Source: Heteronotia binoei
Lineage: Eukaryota
Reading direction: 5' to 3'
Assembly: GCF_032191835.1 (NCBI RefSeq)
Contig: NC_083223.1
Location: forward strand, 257,610,001-257,674,000
Length of the DNA: 64,000 bases
In this document: piece after piece, positions 19,808 to 32,870 of the stretch
Numbering within the stretch: the stretch's first letter is position 1
How the letters are laid out: the number at the start of each line of letters is the position of its first letter
Notes under the pieces: model-generated
Database searches by the model: none
Seen by the model: only the letters and a program-made list of their open reading frames with translations
What the model was told of the DNA's origin: nothing
Position numbers and translations under genes: made by a program

Positions 19808-22019
19808 GGTGCCCACATCTGGGCCAAAGTCTGAGGTTCATCAGCTCAGTTGCCAACCAACATGAAGGCCAAATTTTTCTCCTTTTTGAACTTTGTGCAA
19901 AAAGCCACAGTGTCTGTAGCCAAATGACAAAGCCACTTACTACTCCGCATTTTTCTTGGTTCAGTCTTCCCACACAGTCCTTCAGTGTTCCTCCAACTTT
20001 TGCCTTGAGGATTTGGTGTTGTATTTTCACAGGGTAGTTCTTGGTCAACACAATTCATATCCAGGCTTTGGATACTGCACATAGTTTGGAAGAAGCCACA
20101 GAATATGAACTCTTAGTATCTTGGAAAGAATTTTTTCTCTGTCTATTTATGTCTTTAGGGAACATGAGACTGGAGGAGGAATGAGATCTCTTGGTTCCCC
20201 AGCCAAGGGATCTTGGCTTGGTTTTTGCTCGAAAGAGGGTGTGGAAGCTTTTTAATCGTGGCAGTTTATGGAGATTGTAATTTCATTTGAAAACCTTTTC
20301 TAGCCCAAAACTCTGTGCACAACCTATAGAGATGTGAAGGCCCAGAAAAAAATAGGAAAATTCAAGGCGGAGTGTGCCCCTGCTATTATTTCTCTAGGAC
20401 TTTTTATCTGTTTGTCCAGCAGAAAAATTGAGAACGTTTGGGGAACACTTCTGTGAAATATTTTCGCTTTTAGAATGAGTAAAATGCTTTTTAAGGGTAA
20501 AGGTTTTTGTATTCAAAATGTATAGGATGAAAACATACAAGGGTTTAAATTTTTCAAGTAGGACATTTTGGGAAGTGCTGACTGCCCCCCATAAAATATG
20601 TTCTGTTTCTGAGGGAGAAAAACCTTGTCTTACAAAGCATTGAACTCATTCCAAACGTATAGGATGAAAAAAAATCTGAGGTCTTTCTCAAGGGTTCAGT
20701 ATTCTTAATGTTAAGATGTTAACTTGATATCCAAACATTCTGCCAGTCCTACGTTTTGGGACTGCACAAAAGTCTGTTAATAGCCTTTCTTTTGTTTACT
20801 ACAGAATTTGTTTTTTGTTTTTTTTAACCTTCAAAATGTATTGTTTCCTATCTCACAGGTGGAAAACAATCAAAGACACCTGCGTTTTATTCCTGTGACT
20901 TTAAAATTTCCAGAAATTTTACATCTCTGAGGAAGCCGCTTGGCATGTCCCCAGTGACATCATCTCCTCCTGTCGTGTGGGTGGAGTCAGGCAGCAGTTT
21001 TTCTCCAGCCAGTTTAGCCAGGGATCCTGGAGACTTTTTTTGCAATCTTCTGGGCATAGAACAGGGGTCGCTGAGATGTGTGTGGGAGTACTTGGGAATC
21101 TCCTTTATTGTCCAGGGGGTTGGACTAGATGATCCTGGAGGTCCCTTCCAACTCTGTGATTCTATGAACTCTGGCTAAAGAGGCTGATCTGTTGAGATCA
21201 TTCTAATATTCCCATGTTACAAATGGAGGCTGTGAGACATGGGCTTAGTGCTCCCCTGTGTGGGTGGCATAGCCCTGAACTCTCTTTTTATTCAGCTTAA
21301 ATTTGCTTCGTTCCCTCTTTCTCCAGTCCCTGCTTCAGAATCTCAAAGCTACCACTGCCAGTTTCCAGCTCACCCTCAGGACTCATACCCTTCCGGTATC
21401 CCTTTTGCTTTTTCTTCCTTCTCTCCAAAGCTGTTGGCCTCACTGGGGTTACCTATTGGGGCAGCGGCTTCCAGACCTGAAAGTCTGCCACTATGTAGAA
21501 CCTCAATAGTACCCCTTGGGGCTGTCAAATATATGGCCCATGGGCCAGATATAGCCCCTGCAAGACTCCAGTCAGGCCTGCAAACAGACCTCTGATAAGG
21601 TCTGCTGCTTCTTACTTTCTGTTCCTACTTCCTGTTTCCAGCACTGGAGCTGGCTTTCCCCCAGTCTCTCCTATTCCTGCTTTGCAGAGGAGAGAAAGAA
21701 AGCCATGCCTCCTTTCTCTCGATTGGCTGAGGGCTTCTCCCATGGAGGGGGGGGGGAGGAAAGAGCCAGAGTGAGAGTCCCATAGCACTTTCAAGAAGAC
21801 CAAGAACAACATTTTATTCCAGGTATAAGCTTTTGTGTGCCTGTACACTTCTTTGGCAGGGGAGGGGGGCGGGCTGGGAGAAGGAGGGAAAGAAAGAGCC
21901 AGAGAGAGAGTCCCATGGCACTCGGAGAGATCCCGCTTTCGAGTTCTAACAGATGGGGGGAAGAAATCGAAGAGCACAGTTTGCATTCCTTATTAGTGGA
22001 AGGGAGCAAGAGTGCAGTA

Positions 22020-22500
22020 GCCTCTTAACTAACAAAATTTGTGGCAGGGCATGAGCTTTTACGAGTCACTGCTCACTTCTTCAGATACACCTAGAATGTG
22101 AGTCCAACTGCCCTTATATCTTGGAGAGTGAAGTAATTTCAGATGCCAAATGACAATAGCAGGCATTGATAATGAAAGAAGAAACTTCGGTCTCAGTTCA
22201 GTCCAGGAGGAAGCATTGTCTTGAGTTTCATTATCAGTTTCAATTCAGTGGTCTCTCTTTCCAGTCTCCCTTTTGAGATTCTCTTGTAAGAGAACTGCTA
22301 CTCTTAAGTCAGCTGGTGAATGTCCTGGAAGGTGAAAATGTTCCTCCACTGGTTTTTTTAATATTGTGGTTTCTAATAGCAGTAGAAAGAGTAAGAGTCC
22401 AGTAGCACCTTGAAGACTAACACAATTTGCGGCAGGGTATGTGCTTTGTGAGTCATTGCTCTTTGGTTCAGGCTTATTTCCATTCATTCTTTGCATCCTC
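22020..22500 (-). mobile_element. Penelope-like element fragment
   Basis: Minus frame KKPVEEHFHLPGHSPADLRVAVLLQENLK (GIY-YIG C-terminus), plus two partial terminal-repeat motifs. Confidence 0.7.
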
Positions 22501-25500
22501 CCAAACTGAATCCTCCTGTACTAAACTGAGACCTAGGTTTCCTGTCTTTGCTGATATCTTTACACCTTCTGCATATCACACCTAATCCAATCTCCCCTGC
22601 TATTACCATTCAGCATCGGAAATCACCTGTATAAAGTTTGTTTCTCTGGTACCTCTTATTACCTTTTATGGCACATATGGCCTGGCCTGACAAAGTGACA
22701 TTCATGTCAGATCCGGCCCTTGTAACAAATGAATTCAACACCTCTGTTTTAAACTGTGGCGTATACTGCCCTGAGCCCTTTGGGGGAGGGTGGTTTATAA
22801 ATCAAATGAATAATGATAATAACCATCCTAATGTATATATAGCGTGTTTCTCCAGCAAGTTAACTGTCAGCAGCCTCACTGCCAAAAACACACCATCTAA
22901 AGTAAAAACCAACCACCAAGTAAGCCTGTCCACTTTGTTTCCTGTTGTGTGTTCTCTTTCTCCAGGATGTTTGTGTACGTATATATATTTGCAATATAAA
23001 TTTAAACCAGAGACAATTTTATTTGCTCTTCAGCATGTTAGTGTTTTAAATTTTAGAACCTGAAGGGATTATTATCTCTCAAGTATACCCCATACTCTTT
23101 TTCTACACTAGGAATGAAAGGAGATGGAAGATCATGGAATTATGATCCTGTGGGGCGGGGGGGAGAGGTTTTTCCTCTCTATTTTCTACTTGGATCACCC
23201 AGTAGAACTGAACAGCACTTCACGGAATTCACTGCCTGAGAAAAGCAGCCAGGCTCAGATGGCTTAAAACAAAACCAGACTGATACATGGTGGGGAAATG
23301 GAACCTCCATAGTCTCTGGCAGTAGCTATCCAGGTACCAGTTGCCTGGAGATAAGCAGGGCAGTAGAACTGTCCTTCAGACTCTTCTTGCAAACTTTGGA
23401 TGTTATGTTGCTGTTGGCCACCGTGAATTACATTATGGTCTGATCCAGCAGAGTTCTCATCTGCCAAGAAATTATCCATATCATCAATGACCTTGTTGAC
23501 AATTCCAGTTCGAAATGTAACGGTTTCCCCCACACTGATTTCCAGTGCAGAGTATATAGGGCTTTCAACGTAAGAAAGTGAAGGAACAGAACACTGCCAG
23601 AATTGTGACCAAGAGTTCAAACTATGTGCTTCTGTTTTTGCTCTGCTTTAAACTAGATTTATTTCACTTCACCTACCCCCAAACCTGGGAAATGTAGGCT
23701 GATTACCATGTCCCTTTGTCCACTTAACACAGCTTAGAAAGAGGAGCACATTGCCATGAATTTAGATAGCCCAGGCAATCCTGATCTCATCAGATCTCAG
23801 AAGCTAAGTGGGGCCAACCCTGACAAATGCTTGGATGGAAAGCCTCCGTGGATGACCAAGAGGCAGACCGTATCAAACCACTTCTCTGAATGTCCTCCAT
23901 GACCCCAGTAGGGTTCACCAGAAGTCTCCATGGCTTCCAGGCACACACATACACAAAATGTCAACAAAAAAAGAGAAAAGGGTGCACATTTAATAACTTG
24001 GACGTGGCTACGTGATTCTCTTCAGTCTTGGCCTTTCTGCAGCAGGGTTGAAAGGGAAATGGGCCAGAAGGAATACCTTAATTTCATCTAAAGAAGATTG
24101 CAGCCTCCATTGCTCTTACAGCTCAAGGACCACCTGCAGCTCTTCTAGGCACTGTCATCCTATCCTAGCCCATGTTTCAGGATAGAGTGCAAGCCCAGCC
24201 CTTTAGGACTTATGGCTGGCAAGTGGTTCCCACCTTGAAATAGCTGCTGAAAGGACTTGGAAGAGGGGTGTAGGTCTCATAGGGCTGCCAGCTTCCAGGT
24301 GGTAATGAGAAAAGGCCACTGCCTCTCTGTAAGTCTCAACACCATACTAAATATGATTGTAACAAAATAAATTTTTTTCTCAAATTGCAATCAAATAGTA
24401 AAAGTCCATCTAATGGTCTGCTGGAATACACAGAACAAGTACAGCATGGAATCGCTAATCCAAACCTTCAAAATCTGACAGATAACCCTTTATAATGTGA
24501 ACCAGTGACCTTTTTCCTATGCGCAGATTTATTTTGTGTTCCAAACACTGCCCATTAATACTCCATCTTGAGCAACAGTCCAACTTGATCCCAAGAAGCA
24601 ACTAACAAGCGTCCTCAGAATACTAAACTCGTTTTGCTGTATGTTTTTGTCTAAGCTTTACATTCAAGTGGAAAATCTTACCAATCAGAAACATCCAACT
24701 ATTCTTCCCAAAGATTATTATATTTTGTTGCAATGCTATTTAGCATGGTGTTATTTACACAGAGGCAGTAGCCTTTATTCATTGTCATCTCATCCACGTT
24801 TCTCACTTTTGTTGCTGAACTTCCTGGTGGTGGCTGGAGATTTCCCATTATTTCATCTCCTGGTGATAGATGAAGAGGAGTTGGTTTTTATACCGTTTTT
24901 CTTTACCCTAAGGAGTCGGCTTACAATCTTCTTCCTTTCCTTTCCTCTCACAACCATCACCTTGTGAGGCAGGTGGGGCTGAGAGTTCTGAGGGAACAGT
25001 GTCTGGCCCAAGATCACCTACCAGGCTTCATATGGAGGATTACAAAATCAAACCTTCCAGATTAGAGGCTGCCACTCTGACCACCACGCTGGCTTTCAGA
25101 TATCAGCCCCTGGAGAAAATGGCTGCTCTGAAATATGGACTCTTATGGTATTATACTCCATTGAAGTCCCACCCCAAACCACACCCTCAGGCTCCACCCC
25201 CAAAATCTCCAGGCAACCCTACTCATGTCAGGGGTGGAGCTGAAGGCCCTCCCTTCTCAGCAACTTCTGTATTCTCATCCCAACACCTGGCCAGCTGCCA
25301 GATGAACAAGCTGGCCACAGAGGGGGGGAAAGTAAAATACCTGCCACTGTAGAAGTCATCCAGGAAACCAACAAGCAGACCACAGTGTGTGTGTGTGATA
25401 TCAAACCCCCCTCCCCTTTCATAGCTAATTTGCTTTTTTTCCAGGCACCTTACCCTCTCACCTGACCTGTACCTCATGCAGAGGGCATGCAAACTTCCCA

Positions 25501-27309
25501 TTGTAGAAACCCACTCTGCTTGCTAAGCAAGGCTCACAATACTGCTTGGCTGGCTTACAATGACATTATATGAACATATGAAGCTGCCTTATACTGAATC
25601 AGACTTTCGGTCCATCAAAGTCAGTATTGTCCGCTCAGACTGGCAGTGGCTCTCCAGGGTCTCAAGCTGAGGTTTTTCATGCCTACTTGCCTGAACCCTT
25701 TTTAGTTGGAGATGCTGGGGATTGAACCTGGGACCTTCTGCTTACCAAGCAGATACTCTTAACACTGAGCCACCGTCCCTCCCATTCTGCTGGGCACCCT
25801 TCTCTTGCTGTTTTCTTGCTCTCCCCAGCATGAGGCAGAGTAGCTTGGTCTCTCTCTCTCTCTCTCATATGAGCTTTGGGGCTTGTGCCATGGAAATGGC
25901 AAAGAAAGTAGAAAGGCACACAGCCTTCCCAACAGCAGTGTCTCCCTTTGCAATGCTTGTGGCCTGACCAGGCATACGCCTGCAGGAGGAAGCTTGAACA
26001 CAATTGATTTCCATCTCTATTTCCTCTCTCGTCTCAGCATGAAGCACAGACTCTAGAGGAGGTTTTTGTGAATTTCCTCCATTGTGCAGGGGGTTGGACT
26101 AGATGACCCTGGAAGGTCTCTTTCAACTCTATGATTCTGATTCCTGCAGCAGCTGTCCAGAGAAATGAGCAAGGCTTGGTCCCTGGGGTGGGAGGCTTCT
26201 CCAACCAGCTGGCCCTGTCCTGGCTGATGAAGAGGGAAAAGAGAAGTAAAAGCACTAGAAAAACTGGGATCATTTCATAGTTAATAGGAGTCTTCACCAA
26301 CGTTCCCTCTAAGCTGCAGAGTTCTGTGAGCAAAAATTCTACTTTGTGAGCTACTGGCATTGAAGTTGTGAGCTACGTCATAGTGTGCTCTGGGGTCATC
26401 TTTCCTGAGCTAAGACAAAGATGTGTGCGCTGGAGGCTAAAAATCTGTGAGCTAGCCCACACTAACTCAGCTTACAGCCCAGGCTAGCTCAATCATCAGA
26501 ACCTAAGCAGGTGCCCAACTATATGTGCCCAACTGAGCCACCTTGTATACCTTCTTATGATTTGTTAAATTGTATTGATTTGCTTCTTAACTGTTATTTT
26601 ATACTGTTTTTAGGATGTTGTCATCCGCCCTGAGCCCATTTTTGGGAAAGGACGGACTATATCGCCTAAGTAAATATTTGGATGGGAGACCACCAGGTCG
26701 CAACATGGAGGCAGACAATGGCAAACCACCTCTGAACATCTCTTGCCTTGAAAGCCCATGGGGCTGCTCTAAGTCAGTTGTGACTGGGTGTCAGGTTCTC
26801 CACCGCTCTCACTCCCTTTGTCAGGCAAAAAGACCTCCAGGATGAAGAATCAGGTGGGGAGTTAAGTGGGAAACAGTTTTCTGCCACTGTTATCTTCCAC
26901 CAAGGCCTTGAGGGAAAACAACTCAGGTCGAGATCTCTCTCTTCCCTGGCCTCTCCACAAGCTTTCTCCTCAAGCGAATCCTCACGGTTCCCTTCATTCC
27001 CCCATTTTCCTGGTCTTTTCTCCTGCACCAATCCTCAGCCCCCCTCCCCAGACTCTCATTCATTTCAGCTGTGTTAGATGTCCTCATGCTCCTCTCCCAT
27101 TCTCCTTGGGAGGTTCCAGGGAAGACTGGTCGAAACTGGTTCCGACTGGTCCCTGCTGAGCTTTTACCTCCCTGATGGCAGCCTTGCACCCCTCTCTCTC
27201 TCTGGCCACCTGTTTTTCCTCTCTGCCTCCAGGTGCCCCTATCTGGCCCCCTCCTCCTGCCCGAATGCCAAGAATCTCAGCTCTCAGTTGCAGGCTTGCT
27301 CCTCATCAG

Positions 27310-27585
27310 AGAGCCAGTTTGGTGAAGTGGTTAAGTATGCAGACTCTTATCTGAGAGAACCGGGTTTGATTTCCCACTCCTCCACTTGCAGCTGCTGGAA
27401 TGGCCTTGGGTTAGCCATAGCTATCTCAGGAGTTGTCCTTAACAGGGCAGCTGCTGTAAGAACCCTCTCAGCCCCACCTACTTCACAGGGTGTCTGTTGT
27501 GGGGGGAGAAGATATAGGCGATTGTAAACCACTCTTGAGTCTCTGATTCAGAGAGAAGGGCGGGGTATAAATCTGCAGTCTTCTT
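27310..27585 (+). mobile_element. MIR/Ther1-headed, L2-tailed squamate SINE (Squam3-like); further copies at 46083-46372 (+) and 50722-50996 (-)
   Basis: tRNA-like head gagccagtttggtgaagtggttaag...gggtttgatttccc, MIR-like core cctacttcacagggtgtctgttgtg, and tail gggcggggtataaatc shared with the L2 3' end. Confidence 0.8.
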
Positions 27586-30500
27586 TTTCCAGTGCTGCTC
27601 ATCCTGAGGCAAACCTCAGTCTTGATAATTCGCCTGAGGAGGGCCAGCAGATCTCGAAGTCCAGGACCTGGACATCAGGTCGAGGACACTGGGCAGCAAA
27701 AAAGGGTCAAAGGGGGGAGGGATGGGTAGAAAGTAATATATGGGATAGAATAAAAAAAAGTAATTATTAATGAAGTAAGAAATTGAAATTTATCACCATA
27801 TGTTACCAATAAAATTGTTTGAAGACAAAAAAGGGTCAAATATACACAAGTGTTTTTTTTAAAAAACACAACTTCTCCATGATTATATCAAGGTTGTGCA
27901 GATGTGAATGGTTCTACATCCAAAGCTGGGTGGAGCACCACTGTCAAATGTTAGCCCACAAAATTCCATTAAGTAAAAATCTTAGCCCAGAAAGATTCTA
28001 ACCACCCTATCTTCTATCCCAGTACAGTCCAACTTGAAGGGATCATTTAACAGGGGAAAAGCACTTTATTTTTCACAACCAGTCTTTATATAGAATTTTG
28101 AAGACCTTGAAAGGTTCCACATCATTTTGTGTGACAAATCTGACTTTTGAGCCATTTTCCTCATTCCATATATACAAGGGCTGGCTCAGGTTCAGCAGGG
28201 GTGGAGAGACAACCCTCATGTGCTCAGAGATATTCCGGTTGTTAAGGTTACATCAAACATATTATATGGTCCTAACATTGTGTGTCTGGGAGGTGCATAG
28301 GGCCTGTAATAGTCACATGGCTCTTTTGGTTGTTGGGTATTGCAGATGTAGCTCTATGAGCCGTGGCATGAGTACCGATGTTTTACAGCTTTCAAAAATG
28401 TTTCAAAGCTGATAAGTCTAAAAGAATTTACCAAATTCACTGCCATACACAGTGACTGTCAAAGGTAGGCATTTATCTGACTTCTAATGTGCCTGGAATC
28501 AACCAAGTCAATTATATTGCCAACTGGGCATTAACACTAGGCACTATGAGACGACGGATATTTTACACAAGCCTCAGAAACAAACAAGAATCAATGCATT
28601 TGTGAATCTAGCCTTGAGCTAGGAATATTCCTGCGGACTGTCCCTTATTGTACAGCCATTGCTCTTCATAGCCTTCAGGACCGCCTTTTCCCACAAAATA
28701 AGCCTTCTTCTGGCTTCTTACCTCCCCCTCCCCACTCTAAAGAAAATATGAGCCATAAAGTTTGCACATACAGCTCTTTATCTGACAGAGATTAAGTTGT
28801 ACAATACCCATAATGCATTTCAGCCCAATGAGGCCCAAGTAAACCCAAGAGTGTCTGTTCACTCTTCCCAAGATTTCAAAAGGACCCTCAACGTACTGTG
28901 AGCTATTCCAAAAGCTTTTAGCTTTCTACTGTGTGGGAACAACTCCACAATCAACCTTCCTTTAAAATATGCTTGTGGTTAAGGGGCCAAAGCAAGATAC
29001 AGGGACACACTAAGCACTTCTTCCTTCATTGGGAGCATCTACAGAAGCATGACGCCTGGGATTTAAACCTTTACCTCTCCCATATCCACCTTGCTGTTTC
29101 TCCAACTGAAAACAACCCCACAGAGCTAATGTTCATCCAACTGAAGCAGGCACAGTTATCATACAGCATGTTCACCCAGCTGAAGCAGATACAGGTATCA
29201 TACAGCATGCCTTATCTTTACCTCAGTGAAACACAGAGTAGAGCCAAAAACAGCACAAGGGAAAAGGTTAGACCCCCCCACACACACACACCATTGTTCT
29301 AATCCAAATTGCTTGGCTACTAATTACAAAGAAAAGCACCTGTGAGCTGCAGCAAAGGAATTTTCCATCACCCCATTTGACTGCAAGTATATCCATTCAT
29401 TCACTGTATTAGGTCATAAAAGTGGGGCAATATATGCTGGGAGGGCTTTTCTCCCCAACTTCAGGCCCCTTCCCTCCATCCCACTAGCAGCAAAGGCCCG
29501 TCCTTCTGTTGCAAATTGCTCATTTAAAGCTTCAGCTATAAGTTGGTCCAGAAGAAGAGTCTCTTAACTTCCCATCTCCGGATTTGCAGCAAGAAACGAC
29601 CCAGGTATTTTGCCACCGCCATCTCTCCTCCTGATCCCACACTAAAAGACCAAGTGTGCTGTTGCCAACTTACACTGTAGCCAGATACTTCCAACTTTAT
29701 TAAAACCAGCCACACAAAAAGGCACACAAATCTTAAAAGCTTTATACTCCATTACAGAACAGTGTTAGAATTAGCAGTAAGACTCTAGAACAGCAGTTTA
29801 CGAGGCCTGGAAGGGAATTAAAATCTTGCAAAGGGCTCTGCTTTAAACCAGCAGCTGATGTTCTGTAAAGCTTATTTTAAGATCCTGGCAAGGCAATGGT
29901 TTGCATGGCCCCTGCTATTATCCCTCAAGCTTAGACCTCAAACAGCATACGTTGCTGCCAGTAGCAATGGTTAGGAAACACTAGAAAAAAGGAGGTGTCC
30001 ACATGGACAAGAACAAGAAAAGAGATTTCACAGTGTGAAGACCAGTTTTAAAAACGTGCACTTTCTACTCAAAAATGGACCTATTACAATTGTCTTAAAA
30101 GTGGTTGGTTGACAAAAAAAACAAGTCTCTTTCCAATATTATTGGAGATATAGATGTATTTACCCTTGCTTTTTTCACCAATCCATTCATTCCCTCTTCA
30201 ACGTGAAGATGCTCTCTAAACTCTCGTTCTCAATTTGCAGTGAAGCATCCCCCCTCCACCCTCATGCAGGATTTGCATCTTTATAAGGAAAAAATGTACC
30301 CAAGTGTCACGAAAGTTTCCAATAAAACCCACCACCTACCCCAGAGAGGAGGCAGTTTCCTGAAAGCAGCAATGATGCATGATGTAAGAAGGGTTCCATC
30401 TCCATTTTGTGAGAACTACTACCTATAGCAAGCCTCCCCTAAAACTTGCCCTTGACTGTTAATTAAAAGCTGTCATCTAAGGGTAGCTCAATCTATTCTA

Positions 30501-30879
30501 CTTGAGAGGACCATAGCTATAGCTGCCTCATCAACAGTGCCCAGGTGACCCCTTGACACCTCAGGGCCCAGATCAGAACTGGAAGACTTTAGAGGGCCTA
30601 GAAAGGGCTCTGAATTGAAACACTGTGATATACAGAACATTGCATCCCCTCCCTAATGCCTATCACCCAAGAGGCAACCCAAAATATTTACTTCGTCCAT
30701 TGGCAAGACAGCTTCCACCTTTCAGAAAGATCTCCAAGGGTGACACAGCAGAGGAGCATACATCCAGTCCAGCATTCTGAGAAGAACACAATCCAGTTTT
30801 TAAAGAGAAGGTGGGTGGTGTGGTCAGAGAGGCAGAAACTGATTTCAACCAATAATTTTCCCTGAACAGCTCAGTGCTG

Positions 30880-31042
30880 TCAGCCAAACACCTCCTGTGA
30901 GGCGTAAGTCATGTACAAGAAGCCGTCTTCATCTTTGTAAGCCGAGTACACTTCAGAAATGGTGGCTGACATGTTAACCATACTGCGGTTATTATCAGCC
31001 AGGAAATAGAAGGCTTGTGTGGAGCCAATGCACATTCTGTTT
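30880..31042 (-). CDS. MAP1LC3CL: LC3C-like ATG8 protein, exon 4 (terminal; ...NRMCIGSTQAFYFL...KDEDGFLYMTYASQEVFG*)
   Basis: Acceptor ttccctcag|A in phase 2, 163 nt, carrying the ATG8 C-terminal signature DEDGFLYMTYASQEVFG then TGA at 30880-30882. Confidence 0.93.
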
Positions 31043-31409
31043 CTGAGGGAAGAGAGTAAGAAATATCATGATGTGAGAATACATTGTTTTTATTCTGTAA
31101 TATGCCTGACATCTCAGTGAGAAAGGCAGTCAAAAGTAGATAAAACAAGGCTTGTGATCATACCAATTCTCCCCCCACCCCATGTGTAATGAGATATTTT
31201 TCCTCCCCACAAAACTAGATTCTCTTAAATCCCATTAATGTAACTGCAGCTTAAATCAGGCCCCAATACAGTGTGGAAACACTCGCAGCCAGGACTTTTG
31301 AGTAGGAACGCAGTTCCAGCCAGCTTGGTATCAAGGGGTGTGGCCTAATATGTAAATGAGTTCCTGCTGGGCATCTTCCACAAAAAAATGCCCTGCTTGC
31401 AGCCTATCA

Positions 31410-31544
31410 CAGGGGTGGCCAACGGTAGCTCTCCAGATGTTTTTTTCTACAACTCCCATCAGCCCCAGCCAGCATGGCCAATGGCTGGGGCTGATGGGAG
31501 TTGTAGGCAAAAAACATCTGGAGAGCTACCGTTGGCCACCCCTG
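31410..31544. mobile_element. Palindromic 135-bp hAT MITE
   Basis: CAGGGGTGGCCAAC termini, ~62-bp near-perfect arms, perfect 8-bp TSD gcctatca (31402-31409, 31545-31552). Confidence 0.9.
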
Positions 31545-31799
31545 GCCTATCAGATACTTAACCCCCTTGGTTCTACAACCTGCTAGGGCCCTCCGGACAT
31601 TCCTTTTGTCAGGGTAAAACTGCAGTGCCCAAGTAAACACAACTCTTCTAAAAATAAAACTGCAGAAATACTTAAGGGTTTATGTATAAATATATGCACT
31701 ATTATAAGTTATCTTTCCAGCAATCCCACATGGGAGGCTGGTGTTCTGTTAACTGAATGGGAGAGCTGCAGTTTAGGGGAACTGCAGCTTGACTAAGAC

Positions 31800-32015
31800 C
31801 ACCCACGGTGGCTCAGTGGTAGAGCATCTGCTTGGGAAGCAGAAGGTCCCAGGTTCAATCCCTGGCATCTCCAAAAAATGGGTCCAGGCAAATAGCTGTG
31901 AAAAACCTCAGCTTGAGACCCTGGAGAGCCGCTGCCAGTCTGCGAAGACAATACTGACTTTGATGGACCAAAGGTCTGATTCAGTATAAGGCAGCTTCAT
32001 ATGTTCATATGTTCA
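31800..32015 (+). mobile_element. tRNA-derived SINE (copies on - at ~13.99-14.12, 25.57-25.77, 44.21-44.42 and 55.04-55.23 kb)
   Basis: A box tggctcagtggt and B box ggttcaatcc in a tRNA-like head, followed by a conserved body and a (catatgtt)n tail. Multiple diverged copies. Confidence 0.85.
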
Positions 32016-32763
32016 ACATATTAACTGCAGAGGAGAGATTCAAGTTGGATTTGAGCTGCCCTAACCTGGATAGCCCAAGCTAGCCTGATCTTGTAAGCTA
32101 AGCAGGGCTGAGTCTGACGGTCAGTATTTGGGTAGGAGACCTGACAGGGCTTTTTTTGCAGCAGGAACAACTTTGCATATTAGGCCACACACCTCTGATG
32201 TAGTCAATCCTCCAAGAGCTTACAGTAGGCCCTGCAAGAAGAACCCTGTAAGCTCTTGGAAGATTGGCTGCATCATGAATGTGGCCTAATATGCAAGAGT
32301 TCCTGCTACAAAAAAAAGCCCTGGGAGACCACCAAGGAATACCAGTGTCAGGACATAGAGCATGGCAGTGGCAAACCACCTCTGAAAATATCTTGCCTTG
32401 AAAACCCTACAGGGTAACCATAAGCTGGCTGTGAGTTGAAAGCAAAAAAGTCTATGCATGTAGTGGCTTATCAGCTCCAAGTCGAATTACAACAATACAG
32501 TAATCCCACAGAGTTTTCCAAAGGAAGAGGAGATCCTGAGGTAACTACTGTGGACTTGCCAAAGCCCAGAGGAAGGAAAAGTGACTCAAGAGGATTTCTC
32601 ATTGATACAAGAGACTTAGGTTTGTAGCCTTCCTGGTACTCAGACCTTAGAGGGACTAAATGACGGCTAACACTGGAGGAATGCAAAAATCAACACAACT
32701 CAGATCATCCAAAAGCACCATCCCTGTGGATCAAGATTCACGGCACAGATAAACTGATCTTAC

Positions 32764-32870
32764 CGGATAATTGAGACAAACTGGCCCATAGTGAGGTCTT
32801 CCGGAACAAGAAATTTGACCTTGCTCATGACGGGCAGTATTTTCTCCTTGGCATAGCGCTCCAGGATCAC
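32764..32870 (-). CDS. MAP1LC3CL: LC3C-like ATG8 protein, exon 3 (VILERYAKEKILPVMSKVKFLVPEDLTMGQFVSIIR)
   Basis: 107 nt, ag|GTG...CG|gtaag. Length and phase match LC3 exon 3 as I recall it. Contains ERY and KxKFLVP motifs. Confidence 0.93.

Noticed and set aside
23264-23620. 118-aa minus ORF that looked protein-like
   Set aside because: Most of it is a decayed copy of the ctgctggatcagacca...ggaggttccattt interspersed repeat seen at ~6.84 and ~7.5-7.85 kb. No splice or family support.
31800-31872. Possible tRNA gene
   Set aside because: It runs into a SINE body and tail shared by several diverged copies, so it is a SINE head.
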